Source: Octopus sinensis
Taxonomy: Eukaryota
Assembly: GCF_006345805.1 (NCBI RefSeq)
Contig: NC_043013.1
Coordinates: forward strand, 25,172,001 to 25,236,000
DNA: 64,000 nucleotides
Direction of reading: 5' to 3'
Position numbers and translations under genes: made by a program
In this document: positions 25,025-38,211 of the stretch, in pieces
How the letters are laid out: each line of letters starts with the position of its first letter
Position numbering within the stretch: the first letter of the stretch is position 1
Notes under the pieces: model-generated
The model's input: the letters and a program-made list of their open reading frames with translations, nothing else
What the model was told of the DNA's origin: nothing
Databases searched by the model: none

Positions 25025-25560
25025 AAGGTGGTGAGCTGGTAGAAATTGTTAGCACAATGGATGAAATGCTTAGCGGCATTTTGCCCAAGTTGTGGCAAAA
25101 ATTTGAAATAATTATCGTTATTACTAAAGACAGCAAATTGTTAGAATTGTTTGCACTCTGGTCAAAATGCTTAGCGGTATTTCATCTGCTGCTACGTTCT
25201 CAGGTTGACTTTGCTTTTCATCCTTTTGGGGTTGATAAATTAGGTACCAGTTGAACACTGGGGTTGATATAATCACCCTCCCCTAAATGGCGACCCTTGT
25301 GGCGAAATTTGAAACCAAACCATTATTATTATTAAAGGCAGTAAGCTGACAGAATTGTTAGCATGCTGGGCGAAATGCTTAGTGGTATTTCATCTGCAGC
25401 TATGTTCTGAGTTCAAATTCTGCCACGGTCAGCTTTGCCTTTTATCCTTTCAGGGTTGATAAATTATCAGTGAGACACTGGAGTTGATGTAATAGACTAG
25501 TCCTCTCCCCTAAAATCTCAGGCCTTGTGCCTATAGTAGAAAGGATTATTATTATCATTA
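25025..25560 (+). mobile_element. Cluster of three SINE family A copies or fragments
   Basis: Repeated GAAATGCTTAG(C/T)GG heads; ATTATT tails. Confidence 0.7.
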
Positions 25561-25724
25561 TTCAGATATGTTTTTATTATTTTTGTATCTCCAAAATCAG
25601 TGGGAAAGTTTCCTCAGATTTAAATCAGAACTTGAATAAAAAAATTATGAAAATTTTGTTATTTATTTCTTGAAGTTCAGTTTCAGCTTTAAAGAATCTC
25701 TCTATTCTCCATCCCAAATTCCTC

Positions 25725-25990
25725 ATCATCATCGTTTAACATCTGCTTTCCATGCTGGCATGGGTTGGACAGTTTGACTGAGGGGTGGCAAGCCAGAAGG
25801 CTGCACCAGGCTCCAATCTGATCTGGCAAAGATTCTATAGCTGGATTCCCTTCCTAATGCCAACTACTTCAAGAGTGTAGTGGGTGCTTTTTGTCTGCCA
25901 CTGGTGTGAGGGCCAGTCAGGTGGTACTGGCATCAACCATGCTTGAATGGTACTTTTTATCTGCTACCAGCATGGGAGCCAGTGAGGCTC
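25725..25990 (-). mobile_element. RTE-type 3' tail
   Basis: CATCATCATCGTTTAACATCTGCTTTCCATGCTGGCATGGGTTGGAC ... Confidence 0.75.
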
Positions 25991-26739
25991 TAGCATCTGT
26001 TTAATTTCTTGGTGAAAAAGGGTTTAGGAATGTTTTGCTTTATCAGCTTTGAATTTTAAATCAACTAGAAAAAGTATTTGAATCAAAATTCCCAGACTTT
26101 CTAATTGAGTCCCTAATTCTTCCTGTTGCTGTACAGATTTCAGTATTTGCAGGTTCCTTAACCCTTTCGTTAATTGTAGTTCTGTTGAAATATTGCTGCT
26201 TTTATTTCTGTCAATTTTTAAAATAATGTAAAATTTAATAAATAGCTTCCATTAAGCTGGTGTCTGCAACAATTTAATATGAAATTTTGATGAAAGATCT
26301 TGAGATCATTTTAAAATGGGGAGTTTGTACCAGAACCAAGGCAGTTTTATATGAAAAAAGATTACTCTCTCTCCTTCTCTCTCTCCCTCCCTCTCTCCTA
26401 ATATAATTTCTCTTCTGATTCTTATGAAATTATTTTAGTTTTTACCATTTTCATTCTTTTTGTAGAAAATTAAGAAATACCAACTTTTTGTTGTTTTTTT
26501 TTTTTACAAACAAATATTTGGACTAGAGGTGATTTCTATAATATAACCTGAAATGATCAGGCCTGTAGCAGTGGAAACCTCCAGCTTTCTTGGCCCCCAG
26601 GCCATATCCCTGCTCATCGCTATCAAGGGACAGATGGCTGTCTGCAAGTGTGAGCCCCATGAATCAGAGTAGCTCTTCCCTTGTCTGAGACCACGAAGCA
26701 GTCTGACTTGTAGGAAATTGTATGTTCCACTCCTTAATG

Positions 26740-26751
26740 TAAATTTATGGC

Positions 26752-26793
<42 letters not shown>

Positions 26794-27100
26794 TGTTGTG
26801 TATGGGGAGTCATTTTATTTTTGTGCCTTATAATGTAAACAACACTCACCGGTAAAATTTCCACTTATTTTTATTTTCCTAAAATTTTCGTTGCATCTTG
26901 CAACCTTTTCAATAGTCTTAGTCAAGACTATTGAAAAGGTTGCAAGACAATGAAAATTTTAGGAAAATAAAAATAAGAAATAACTGGAAATTTTACCGGT
27001 GAGTGTTGTTTACATTATAAGGCACAAAAAGAAAATGACTCTCCCCATACACAACAGTGTATATATGTGTATATATATATATATATATGCCATAAATTTA
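26740..27100. repeat. 361-bp foldback palindrome, probably a MITE-like element in (TA)n
   Basis: The arms are reverse complements from TAAATTTATGGC (26740) to GCCATAAATTTA (27100). The central 24-bp stem is perfect (26896-26919 with 26924-26947) around a 4-nt loop, AGTC. Confidence 0.92.
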
Positions 27101-27308
27101 ATGACTTTCACCAGACACAACAGAATATGCTTCAACACACGAACTCATATAAAGAATCTTGCAAACCAAATCCAAAAACGAAATAATTATATATATACAT
27201 ATATATATATTTATTGAAATGGATAAATGAATTATCTTGTTACGGATTATTCAAATTATAACCGATACCTGGGTAGCAAAAATCACAACAGAAAAATCAC
27301 GGTTGAGG

Positions 27309-27353
<45 letters not shown>

Positions 27354-27449
27354 TTAATTCATAAAAGAATATAACGATAAAAATCACGTTATAATTTTTA
27401 TCAAATAGTGAGCATGCTATAGACATTTTTGCCCTAGCTCCCTTGATAG

Positions 27450-27474
<25 letters not shown>

Positions 27475-27480
<6 letters not shown>

Positions 27481-27840
27481 CTTGCTTCTCAATCACATAG
27501 TTCCAGGTTCAGTCCTACTGCATAGTAGCTTCAGCAAGTATCTTCTACTATAGCCTCAGGCCAGCCGAAGCCTTGAGTGGATTTGGTAGATGGAAACTGA
27601 AAGAAGCATTTTGTGTGTTTGTGTATGTATATATAATATATGTATATATTGTGTGTGTCTTTGTGTCTGAAGTCCTACCATCACTTGACAACCAATATTG
27701 GTGTGTTTACATCCCTGTAACTTAGCGTTTCAGCAAAAGTGACCAATACAATAAATACCAGGTGTTAATTTCTTTGACTTTAAAAAAAAAAACCAGCATG
27801 GCCACAGTCAAAATGACAGAAATGAGTAAAAGAACAAAAA
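27475..27840 (+). mobile_element. SINE family B
   Basis: Head AAGCTTGCTTCTCAATCACATAGTTCCAGGTTCAGTCC; tail CCAGCATGGCCACAGTCAAAATGAC. Confidence 0.75.
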
Positions 27841-29039
27841 GTGTGTGTGTGTGTGTGTGTGTATATATACATTTATATATTTCTCTATAAATATAATACA
27901 TTCATATTTACATCATCATTGATATTTCAGAAAAAAAAAACTCCATTCTAGTTAAGAAAGAATCTCTATAGATAAGTAACGAACTGACTGGAACATTAGA
28001 CTTTTTCCTCTCAGCATAAAATTTATTCCACCGTTTGAACTATTTGTATTCTTTTTTTGTTGACGCAGAACACTAATTTTCTCACATTCTACCATTTCTA
28101 CTACTTACTAATAATCTACTAGAGCTACTTTTAGACTGCAATTGTTGGTGTATTATGCTTAGCCAGCCAAAATAATAGCAATGTCTACTGAGTTATCGAT
28201 GATTTTTTCCTACATGTTTCCTGGCACAGCTAGTTTATTTTTATTTTATTTTTTATCCTGAAATTTAGAATCTTATGTTTTCTCTGTTTTTGACAACTGC
28301 TATCAATAGATATATACACACATCATCTGATAAACATATGTAAACAAATGCTTTTGTTTTTATTTATTTTATGTATTCCTGATGAAATTTTTTTATGGTT
28401 ATATTTGGTTAGAAATGTATATCAGTTGATAACTGATGATTATAATCTCAACATTATGTGTGTGATAATAATTTCCCAACCAGAAAAAATTGTTTTCATA
28501 AATGTCTGTTGGCTTTGATACTATTGCTATCTATAGTAGAGTTACAGGAGTAAAGTCTATTTTTAATCTGACCGCAAAAAAAAAAAAATTACTTCTTGGA
28601 GACTCTAGTTTACAAATTCCCATCTTTTCAAATATGGTTGAACTGTTTACAGAAGACATCCAGTTCTATCAAATGTACAGCAATTTTTATAAATATGATT
28701 AAAAAATTTTTTTAGTTTCTCATGTTCTGTATCTGAATAGGAGTTTGTATATCTCCGTCTCGAAATCTATTATACAATGTTATAGTTTGTGCATATGCAA
28801 CTAAACACACTACTCGTGGTATTTGGCTTAAGAAATCTTTAAGTTCTTTCTCTCAGCTGCTACTAAACTACTTACCTGATATTCTATTTCTGTTTACCAT
28901 GTTCCATTTACTTTATATACGATCATAGTAGGTTTTAGGATTTTTAAATATTAAATGCATTCTCTGCATTTTAAAGCTTGTTTATTTAGCTATTTATATA
29001 TCTATATGTAGGACAGATTTGTGCTTAAAACATTTATGT

Positions 29040-29250
29040 TCTACTTTTTTCAGTCATTGACTGTGGCCATGCTGGGGCACTGCCACGGAGAATTTTTAGT
29101 TGTATGATTCAATCTTACTACTTAGTTTTTCTTTTTAAACCTGGTACTTATTCCTCTCAGCCCCTTTTGCTGAAACACTAAGGTACAGGGGCATAAACAC
29201 ACCAACACCGGTTCTCAAGTGGTGGGGGGAAAGGGGACAAACACAGATAC
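29040..29250 (-). mobile_element. SINE family B 3' half
   Basis: TTTCAGTCATTGACTGTGGCCATGCTGGGGCAC ... Confidence 0.7.
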
Positions 29251-29894
29251 TATTTATTTTTGATAAATTTTCATAGTGATGCAGCTAGAATTTTGATTTT
29301 TAATTTAATAAATTTCAGTTTTTCAAATTTAAACTTCATATTACAGTTTTAAATTTGGAAATATTAATTTTGTGTGGTTGTTGCAAAGTCCTACAAGAGT
29401 TGTGGGTTTTTTCCTGCTATAGTTTTGTAGGCTCATGCATAATGACCTACAAACACAATTGTCCAGTAACACACATTTGTCCTCTCTCATTCTCAGTTTT
29501 TGGTCTTATCTCTTTTATGCTAATTATCCTTTACTGCTATTCTTCATGGCAGTTTAATCACCTTCAGATAAGTGTGGAGAAATGAAGCCAGCAAAATATT
29601 TTCAGTTTCTTGCTCTGCTAGAAATGCTAGCTGGATCTTCTTTAAGTCTTAAATCACATACTACCATCTTAGCAAAGAAGGATCCATTGGAAAATGTAGG
29701 CTTAGATACATAATGTCTGAATAAAAGATAGAGCAGTTGGAATGATGTCTCCTTGATCAGGCCTGACTGAAACTAAACAACCACTACATTCATTATAGTC
29801 CTCTTCCAAACCTTACATATATACACCCAAGTTTACATTTTTAATAAGGAATATATTTCAAAAGGATATTGTGTAATTTTTTATGTCCTTGTTA

Positions 29895-30260
29895 GGCATA
29901 GGTGTGGCTGTTTGGTAAGAACCTTGCTTCTCAGTCATATTGTTCTAGGTTCAGGCTCATTGCATGGAACCCTAAGCAAGTGTCTTCTGTTATAGCCTCA
30001 AGCCAATCAAAGCCTTGTGAATGGATTTGGTAGGTGGAAACTGAAAGTAGCCTGTTGTGTGTGGGTGTGCATGTATGTGTGCATGAGCGTATATATATTT
30101 GTGTGTGTGTGTGTCTCCCACCACCACTTGTGTTTACATCCCCGTAACTTGAGACCAGTCAAATAAGTACCAGATAGGGGTCAATTTATACGACCAAAAT
30201 TCTTCAAGGCAGTGCTGCCCTAGCATGACTGCAGTCTGATGACTAAAACAAGTAAAAATT
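29895..30260 (+). mobile_element. Near full-length SINE family B
   Basis: Head GGCATAGGTGTGGCTGTTTGGTAAGAACCTTGCTTC; tail GCATGACTGCAGTCTGATGACTAAAACAAGTAAAA. Confidence 0.75.
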
Positions 30261-31014
30261 AAGATTGTTAATATTTTTTTTTCTTCATAGGTTGGAGGCA
30301 AAATTTTCAATTTTTTTTAATTTGATTTTTTTTTTTTTAAATATTTTCAAAAATATGTTTTCATGGTTGAAAGAGGATAAAACTAGACACGAGTTAGCAT
30401 AAACAAATATGAGTTGTATTTGTTGTAATTTAAGAGAGGAATGCTATTAGGTCTACTCTTTCTCGTCTCTGATCAATGAACCACCCTTTCTCTATTCTTT
30501 TGTAGCTTATTGATTTTGTATTCCATTCGTTAATACAAAATACATAGGGACAGTTAAAGATAGAACTAATATAAATATTTTCAAACTGGCATGTTACTAT
30601 CCAGTTTGAGAGATGTATTGACTGGACTGATTATGGGAAAGGGATATTCATAAATTTCTTGGAGATAAGTTAGGCTGTTTAAATCTGGTGATTGAAACTC
30701 TTTGGAAGATAGATAAGTATAACCAATGCGAATTGAGTGGAGTTATTGATAGAATATTGTTTAAGTTGTTGCTTGTTGTTGTTTGTTGTTGTTGTTTAGC
30801 TCTAGGTCAGCCTTTATCAAGCAAACTCATGATCAACAAATGCATTCTGAACATGACCATCTCGTCTGAAAAGATATATTTTACCTCAGGCTATGTCAGC
30901 AGTTCTCAACCATGTTTTACTTACAGACCCCACTTTAATTGCTCGGTTGGTCCCTCAGTTGGTCTCTCATAGTTATTCAATGTTTAAAAAATTCCCTTAT
31001 ATTTTTATAATTAA

Positions 31015-31217
31015 CCCTTTCGTTACCGTATTTTTGTTGAGATGCTCTTTGTTTCTTTCAATTACTTTAAATATAACAAAGAATTCAGTAAGATAACTTA
31101 GCTATTATTCATAAATTGTGACTAAGGTTTGGTTGAAGATTTTAATTCAAAACTTATGAAAACAAGACATTTGTATTACAGTCAAAGCTGGTTTCAGCCA
31201 GGTTGGTAACAAAAGGG
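31015..31217. mobile_element. piggyBac-like MITE, family 1, with TTAA TSD
   Basis: TTAA|CCCTTTCGTTACC ... GGTAACAAAAGGG|TTAA (12/13 TIR match). Related fragments lie at about 26160, 44210-44295 and 60620-60830. Confidence 0.85.
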
Positions 31218-31754
31218 TTAAATATTATTAGGAATTGTATTGCACAAAATATTTCAATGATTTTTTTTATTGTAGAAGTATAGCCAGCTTATTGCACATA
31301 AATTTTAGCAACAAAATCTTCTGTTGACCCCCAAAGGTCATATGGACCCCAGTTGAAAATCACTGAGCTACATTATCCAATGTATTTGCTTTATATGTGT
31401 TTTAATTGCCAATAAGTTATGTTTTGGGCAAAGTGTGGCTTACTGTTTCTAACCACTTGAGCTGTCTCGTGTAAAGGCTCTCTTTCATTGGCTCATAGGT
31501 TATTGGTTAGCGGCATAACACCTGCTCTAATCTGCACATGTGACTTCCAAGAGGAATTACTATCAAAACAGTAGAATCGGATTTACAAAATAGTTGTAAG
31601 AAACATGCCGAAAATAGATGATTGCTGGGGTGGGGGTCATAAGAATAGCTAATCACTTCAATGGCACCAGGATAAATACACCAAAATGCTTTGAAATGTA
31701 CAGGGTGGATTTAAAGCTGCTGGAGTTCTGTGAAGATAATAACCTTGTCGTTTA

Positions 31755-32190
31755 GCACTCAAGAAGCTTGCTTAACAACATGGTTCCGGGTTCAGTCTAC
31801 TGTGTGACACTTTAGGCAAGTGTCTTAGGCAATAGCCTTGGGCCAACCAAAGCCTTGTGAGTGGATTTGGTAGGCGGAACCTGAAAGAAGCACATAGTGT
31901 GTGTTTGTGTGTATATATATATATATATATACTTTTGTTTCAGGCATTTGACTGTAGCCATGCTGGAGCACCACCTTTAGTTGAACAAAGTGACCCCAGG
32001 ATGTATTCCTTGTAAGCCTAGCACTTATTCTATCAGTTTCTTTTGCCAAAGCACTAAGTTACAGGGACATAAACACACCAACATTGGTTGTCAAGCAATG
32101 GTATGGTGGGAGGACAAACATGTATATATGTATATACACAAAGGTTGTGTCCCAGTGTGGCCACAGTCTAATGACTAAAACAAATAAAGG
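31755..32190. mobile_element. SINE family B fragments in both orientations around a (TA)n tract
   Basis: Plus-strand head at about 31760-31900; minus-strand tail at about 31930-32120. Confidence 0.65.
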
Positions 32191-32769
32191 ATAAAAGATT
32201 ATTGACTGGCTTATTTGCTTGTGTGCTAGAAATAACGACCTACCCATAGAAAATGAAATAAACTGGTCGTTCAGAATATGAAATCAATTCATTTTTTGTT
32301 GAATGTACCCTTTGCCTTCAAAATTAGTTGTAAATTTAGACCAAGTACAATAAGATCAGGAAGAATAAGTTTGTTAAGTGAGGTATGAAAAGTAGAGGTT
32401 CCACATAATGCGGCAGGTGTTTGTAAACTAAGCTAGGCCTCAAAATAATGTCGTGACTAGTTTTCTCAGTTCTAAATAAGCATCCACTTGCAAGCAACAG
32501 ACTACATGTGTAGCTAGAGTAATAGCAAAATGGACATTGATTGCCTAATGCTGTTATGATTGAGCTAGATTTCATAAAAAAGTTTCTTTCACCATACTCT
32601 CTCACCACATTTTCAAGAGGAGTTAAATATGTAGTGAAGTGTCATAGAGCATACCCTCGTTTTCGTGGGATTGATGAAGAGCTTCCTGTTTAAGGGTGGA
32701 GACACTTTACAGAAACTTACCAAAATATTTGTTTTCATTTAAGATATAATGTATCCAAGACCATGTTGC

Positions 32770-33355
32770 AAAGACTGAAACATTGGTCCTCTCCAGAAAT
32801 TCTTCCCAGTGCACTCTGCATGTTAGAACATCACTGACACAAGTGGAGAAGTTGAAGTAACTCGAGGGGTTGTGTTCATGAGTGATGGAATGCAGAAGTT
32901 TGAATTGGATGATAGAACTGCAAGTGCTGGCTCTGAATGTTGGGTAATGACTAAAAGATTGTCATGAACACAAGCAACTGAACTGAGATTCATCTGAAGG
33001 ATTTCATGTGAAATGTTACTTGACTGGGAGCATAGATCCGAGAATATCTCCAGTTTGAGCCACCATTTCTCCAGATTGAGAAGTCACAGCTTTGGTACCA
33101 CAGACAATCAGAATGCCACAGGAAGGAATTGCAAGACAGGGATTTTGATGCTAAGCCATCTGGCAGGGGACCTAGGAGTAGACCAAGAATGGAATGGTTA
33201 GATAATATCCATTGTCTTAGTTGGTCATGCTTCAGAATCCAGCCAAAAAGTTTAATGGTGATTGCTTCTGTTTGGACCATATGGAGGACAGTCCACCCAT
33301 GACCCACCTAAGAATAGTGGGTAGAGAGATGGATGGATGGATGGATGGATGGAAG
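32770..33355 (+). mobile_element. Degenerate RTE-clade LINE (Expander/Rex3-like) 3' end with (GGAT)n tail
   Basis: Translation fragments KTETLVLSRNSSQCTLHV, QVEKLK, GVVFMSDG and KPSGRGPRSRPRMEWLDNI resemble RTE ORF2 C-termini (QVEEFKYLGV; GRRPRGRPRTRW). It ends in a GGAT microsatellite. Confidence 0.7.
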
Positions 33356-34132
33356 ACCACATCATTCTGGATGCATGTTTCCTTTTTAAAGATTGATGGA
33401 TATTTGGCTGTTATTTCTTACAAGTCAAAACACTAGTTAGTTGTTCCTCCAGCATGGCCACATTCAAATGACTGAAACAAGTAAAAGAATAGAAGAATAA
33501 TATCTAATTATATATAGCTAAGTAGTTTGAGCACACCAAGGTCTTTGTTGGGGGTGCCATGCAGTGCCAGTGTCTGTTATAGAAGTCTTTGACCTTTTTG
33601 TTGACAAACTGTGACATCTGAACTACTCAACTGCAAGTAACTCTCTTGCTGTGCAAGCCTTAAATTTGTATGAAGGGAAAAACGTGTAACAAAAACAAGA
33701 TATTTCACATGTAAACATGCTGCTGAAAATACAAAGTGAACAAGAAAACATATCAGTAAAGTTTGAAAGGTTGTCCTAGTTTCACTAGTCAAATAGTTAT
33801 TTTTGTTGAAAAAAATCTTCTCTATCTATCTCTCTCTTTCTTTCTCTCTCTCTCTCTCTCTCTCTCATATGCACAAACGTACTGTACATGTTTTTTAGGT
33901 ATGTGCATTCATTGTGTGATTGTTCTTGATAGCATAAACTGACTCTATAATCAAAAGATCAAAGCTCATGTGCTTCACTGGCTGAAATCTTTATAAGAAT
34001 AATACTGAATTGTACACTAAAATAATTCAGGGAGTATAAACCCCAGAAAGAGCAAGCTGGTCAGACAGCCAAAGAACCTTTGTTGCAATTTGGTTTGATC
34101 CTATTCAACATAAGTACAGAAAGAATAACATA

Positions 34133-34342
34133 CAGTAATCCCTCAACTATCGTGGGTGTTATATTTTTTTAAAAAAACCCACGATGGGTGAAAATCCACA
34201 AAGTAGAAACACTACTGTATATTTTTTTTGTCTTTATAATTTGTATATATTTTATTATAAATGCAAAACAACACCATGGAGGAAATGACGTAAGCTTAAA
34301 TAAACTGTGATAGGTGAACCACGATATGGTAAGGGATTACTG
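34133..34342. mobile_element. pogo/Tigger-like MITE with TA TSD
   Basis: TA|CAGTAATCCCTCAACTATCGTGG ... CCACGATATGGTAAGGGATTACTG|TA. A second copy lies at 61312-61513. Confidence 0.85.
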
Positions 34343-37300
34343 TATACCTGTCTAGCAAGGATAAACATACTTCTATAGAATTAAATGCGTATAATTTTTT
34401 TTTTTGTTTAAGATCTAACTAGGTTGAAATCTAAATCCTTCAGTTATCAGAATTCAATATTTTCATCAGAAGTTGTCATAATCCCATATTTGAGGGTGAA
34501 ATACATTCTTGTATGATTAACTTAGTATGGTTCTCTTAGCAATTAACTTAGTATGGTCCTCCATACATTCTCTGACTGGAAGAGCTTTGTTCCATGTTAA
34601 AAGCAATTCTACATTTTCTTTTGTGTAACCTATTAACATTGCAGATTTTAGACTTTAAGATATTTCCTAGAATCTTAACGAATTTTGTGTGTGTGACTAC
34701 AGGCCTGGCCAAATGGTTAAGTTCTCTTTACAATCATAAGGTCTTAGTTTCAATCCTGCTGGGCGGTGCCTCAGACAAATGACTTTTGTCTCAGCCTAAG
34801 GTTTAACACCAGCCTTGTTTGGTTTGGCAGAATTTCTATGGAAGTTTGTCAAATGGATTGTGTCTATAATTCATTCAGCTCTATCGTATATTGTTATATA
34901 GATTCAACTTGGGGGATTACATTAAGGATACACCATCATCATTTTAACATCCACTTTTCCATGCTTGTATGGGTCAGACAGAATTTGTGGGTATGGCTTT
35001 TTTATGGCTGGATTCACCAATCCTCACTAGTTCCTCAAGTAAGGTAATAATTCCCTGTGACTAGACATGTTTACACGAAAAATTGGAAACAGGCATTGCT
35101 TGCATGATGATGACACTTTACAACTGGCACACAATATCAAAGCAAGGAAGCATATGCATATGATGGGCTTCTTTCAGTTTCTATCTACCAAATCCACTCA
35201 CGTGGTTTTGGTCAGCCCAAGGCTATAGTAGAAGACACCCAAGGCACTACAGTGGTTCAGAAGTAAACTTCTTAGCACAGTCATGCCTGCACTGATATCT
35301 GGAAATAGTCAGCTGCTTACATATTAAGTAGATGGTCCATTTGATTGAACAAGCAAATGCTCATTATCAAAATACACATACAGACATGATGGATCTGCTG
35401 TTGATTTTAATTCCCCCCATTGATTCCTGATAGTTAAGTTAGTCTCTTGTTTACATGCAAAATTAAAGAAATCATTGAAATATCTTTGTAACCAAATTCT
35501 TCAAGTGTTGTTGCTTGAAGTTTAGAATAACGTTTTGAACACTGGAGGTAGTATTGAGCAGGATACTACAACTATTTCTATTAGTTACAAAAACCTTTTA
35601 CTTTTAGTAGATGCTGCCAAGCTATGATTCCCATGGCTTTCTCAATGACATTAGTTGTCTAAATGAACAGAAATGGCTTCATCTGAAAACCATAATGCTG
35701 TTGTGATTTCTTCATGCAATTACCACTTAGTTACTATAATATCAGTGTTTGCTTCAACACTAACATTAAAGTCTTCATACATGTGACAGTCATTGATAAC
35801 TTGTTATCAAATATTAGCAAGAGAATAAAGGTTTTTGTTATATAGCGCAGATTCTAGCATTCATTTTAACTTCAAAAACTCGTATTCCTAACCATTCTGC
35901 TTTGTTTAGTCAATAATTACAGTTTTTTTTTTCTTTTTTGTCTCTACTTCAACGGGATGTTCATCCTCTCAAATACCTAAAATAAATTCTATGACTAATA
36001 AGCCATTTTAGAAGTAGGCTTTACTTTACTTGAATGGGGTCATAACTATTTTATATTAGTGCCTATTGTAGTTACTTTGAATTGAGAATAGTATATCAAT
36101 TTCATCCACACCATTATTTATTGTTAAAGTTGATCATATAATTAGGCTTAATTCCAAAAGAAAATGTTTTGATGCATACATTGAAAAATAATGCAAAACT
36201 AGATGTTTGTTTTGATTGGTTTTTATAATTTTTCTTTTTTTCTTTATTTCTTGGCTCTGATTTTCAAGAACATTAGGGTATTCTTATGGAAAGGATGACT
36301 CTATTGAAAGAATATTTCTACATTATTATCATAACAACCACTAAAGCTTTTTCATGCAGTGCTAATAATATTCATCAAAAGAAAAATATTCTTTTTGCCT
36401 TGACATCATAAATAACAGTTGCACCTGTACTGTTGCCATGTAAAATGCACCCAGTGTACTCTGTAAAGTGGTGAGTGTTAGGGAGGTCATGCAGCTGTAG
36501 AAATCATATCAACATGGAAAATGGACGTTGATGATTTTCTGTCTTTGTTATATAAAAAGAAACATTTAATGAAGGTTGTTCAAGATTTTGAATTGAAACT
36601 CTCACTAATCCATATTCTCTTGGGCAAAATATATAGCTCAATGCTTTGGGCAGTCTAAATTGAAAAGAGTTACATGATGCTTTTGGAAAGGCATTCATTT
36701 GTTATAATCCTGCAATTCATACAAATGTTTACAAATATTTTGGCATGGATTGAGCATAGAAACTGTGTTGGTTTCAATTTTGTACGATTAAATTTCAATA
36801 TTTAAATATCTCTTAATACATCAGCTCATCTGAAGTTTTTATTGAAACTGGATGCAATGTTTAATATAGAAATTTAAACTAATTCTGCATCAACAAGATT
36901 CCAAGCATTCCTACCACCACTAGCAATTCCTGTGGAAATTCCAGTTATTTTGAAAATTGTAAGATGGCTGGACATTGAGAAAGAACCATGAAAAATATAA
37001 TTTTTATTTTGTAATTGTATTTTGTTTGTAACATTTGATTCTTCAAATGGTGTAAAAGTCCTTCTAGATAGTATTGAATATACAGTTGTAGGAAAGAGAC
37101 CTCTAACAGTTTTTAATCTTTGATATACTACTCGTAACCTCATCTGCATTGAGTTATCATTTTTCATTTTATATCAAGAATTAAAGTCTTTATTATGAAA
37201 TATATATATATATACACACACACACACATACATATACATACTTTAATCCATCATTAATAAAGTCTTCTTTAAAAACTCATTTTGATAAAAGTATATTAAA

Positions 37301-38172
37301 ATTGGGATTTATACGACCTTTCTGGACATGGTAGTCTTTTGATAATTGTTTTTTTGAAAAAGTTACATAATTCTTGCTAATTAATTAGCGGCTTTCTTTA
37401 TTATGATATAGATATACAGATTTTAGCTTTATTCTGTTCTTGTAGTGAAATAGTACCCTCAGCAAAGGGGACAACTAAGATACACCTCAAAAGTGCCTTA
37501 AACAAAGGGGAATGGAAGAATGAGATAACCAGTGATGCAATGATGTTAAACTTTATTTCATGTTTGTCTCCTCAAAAAATTACAGGCATTCACATTTTGT
37601 GTGTGTGTGTGTGTGTGTGTATTTGCCTCTATAAATCTTCGGCTTTATATTTATATATTACATCAGTATTAGAATGATCAAATTGATGTTAACAGGAAAC
37701 AACGTATTATAGATGAGAAATATATATAAAAGTGGTACTGCAAATAATGGTATGAAGTAAATGTGTGTTAGAATGCTATGTTCCTGAGTCTTCCATTTGA
37801 TCTTTTGGTTTCGAAAAACCTATTTGTAGAATTGGTCTTGCTTTTAAATCGAATAATGGGGAACATAATGAAGATGATTCCCTTCTACATGTGTTATTTA
37901 ATTATCAAACATGTTAATTTTAGCTAGATTTTGATATGTGTACAGTGAAACTTTTTTTTGGGGGGGGGGTCTTATGATTGTTTATTGATAATGTGAAAGA
38001 ATTCTATCAGCCTTCTGAACAATTCAAAGACTGATGACTGATATATTGAATATAGCAACTTGGAGCTATTTGCGTTCTGAAACAGCAGCTTTTAGGATTC
38101 ACTATTCCAGCATTGAATAGAAAAGGGCTAGGAAGCCATTTTAGAAATATGATAAGCAAATTTATCACAGCC

Positions 38173-38211
<39 letters not shown>

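Noticed and set aside
36504-37167. Two minus-strand ORFs (97 and 64 aa), possibly a decayed element
   Set aside because: No motif of any transposase or host protein could be identified.
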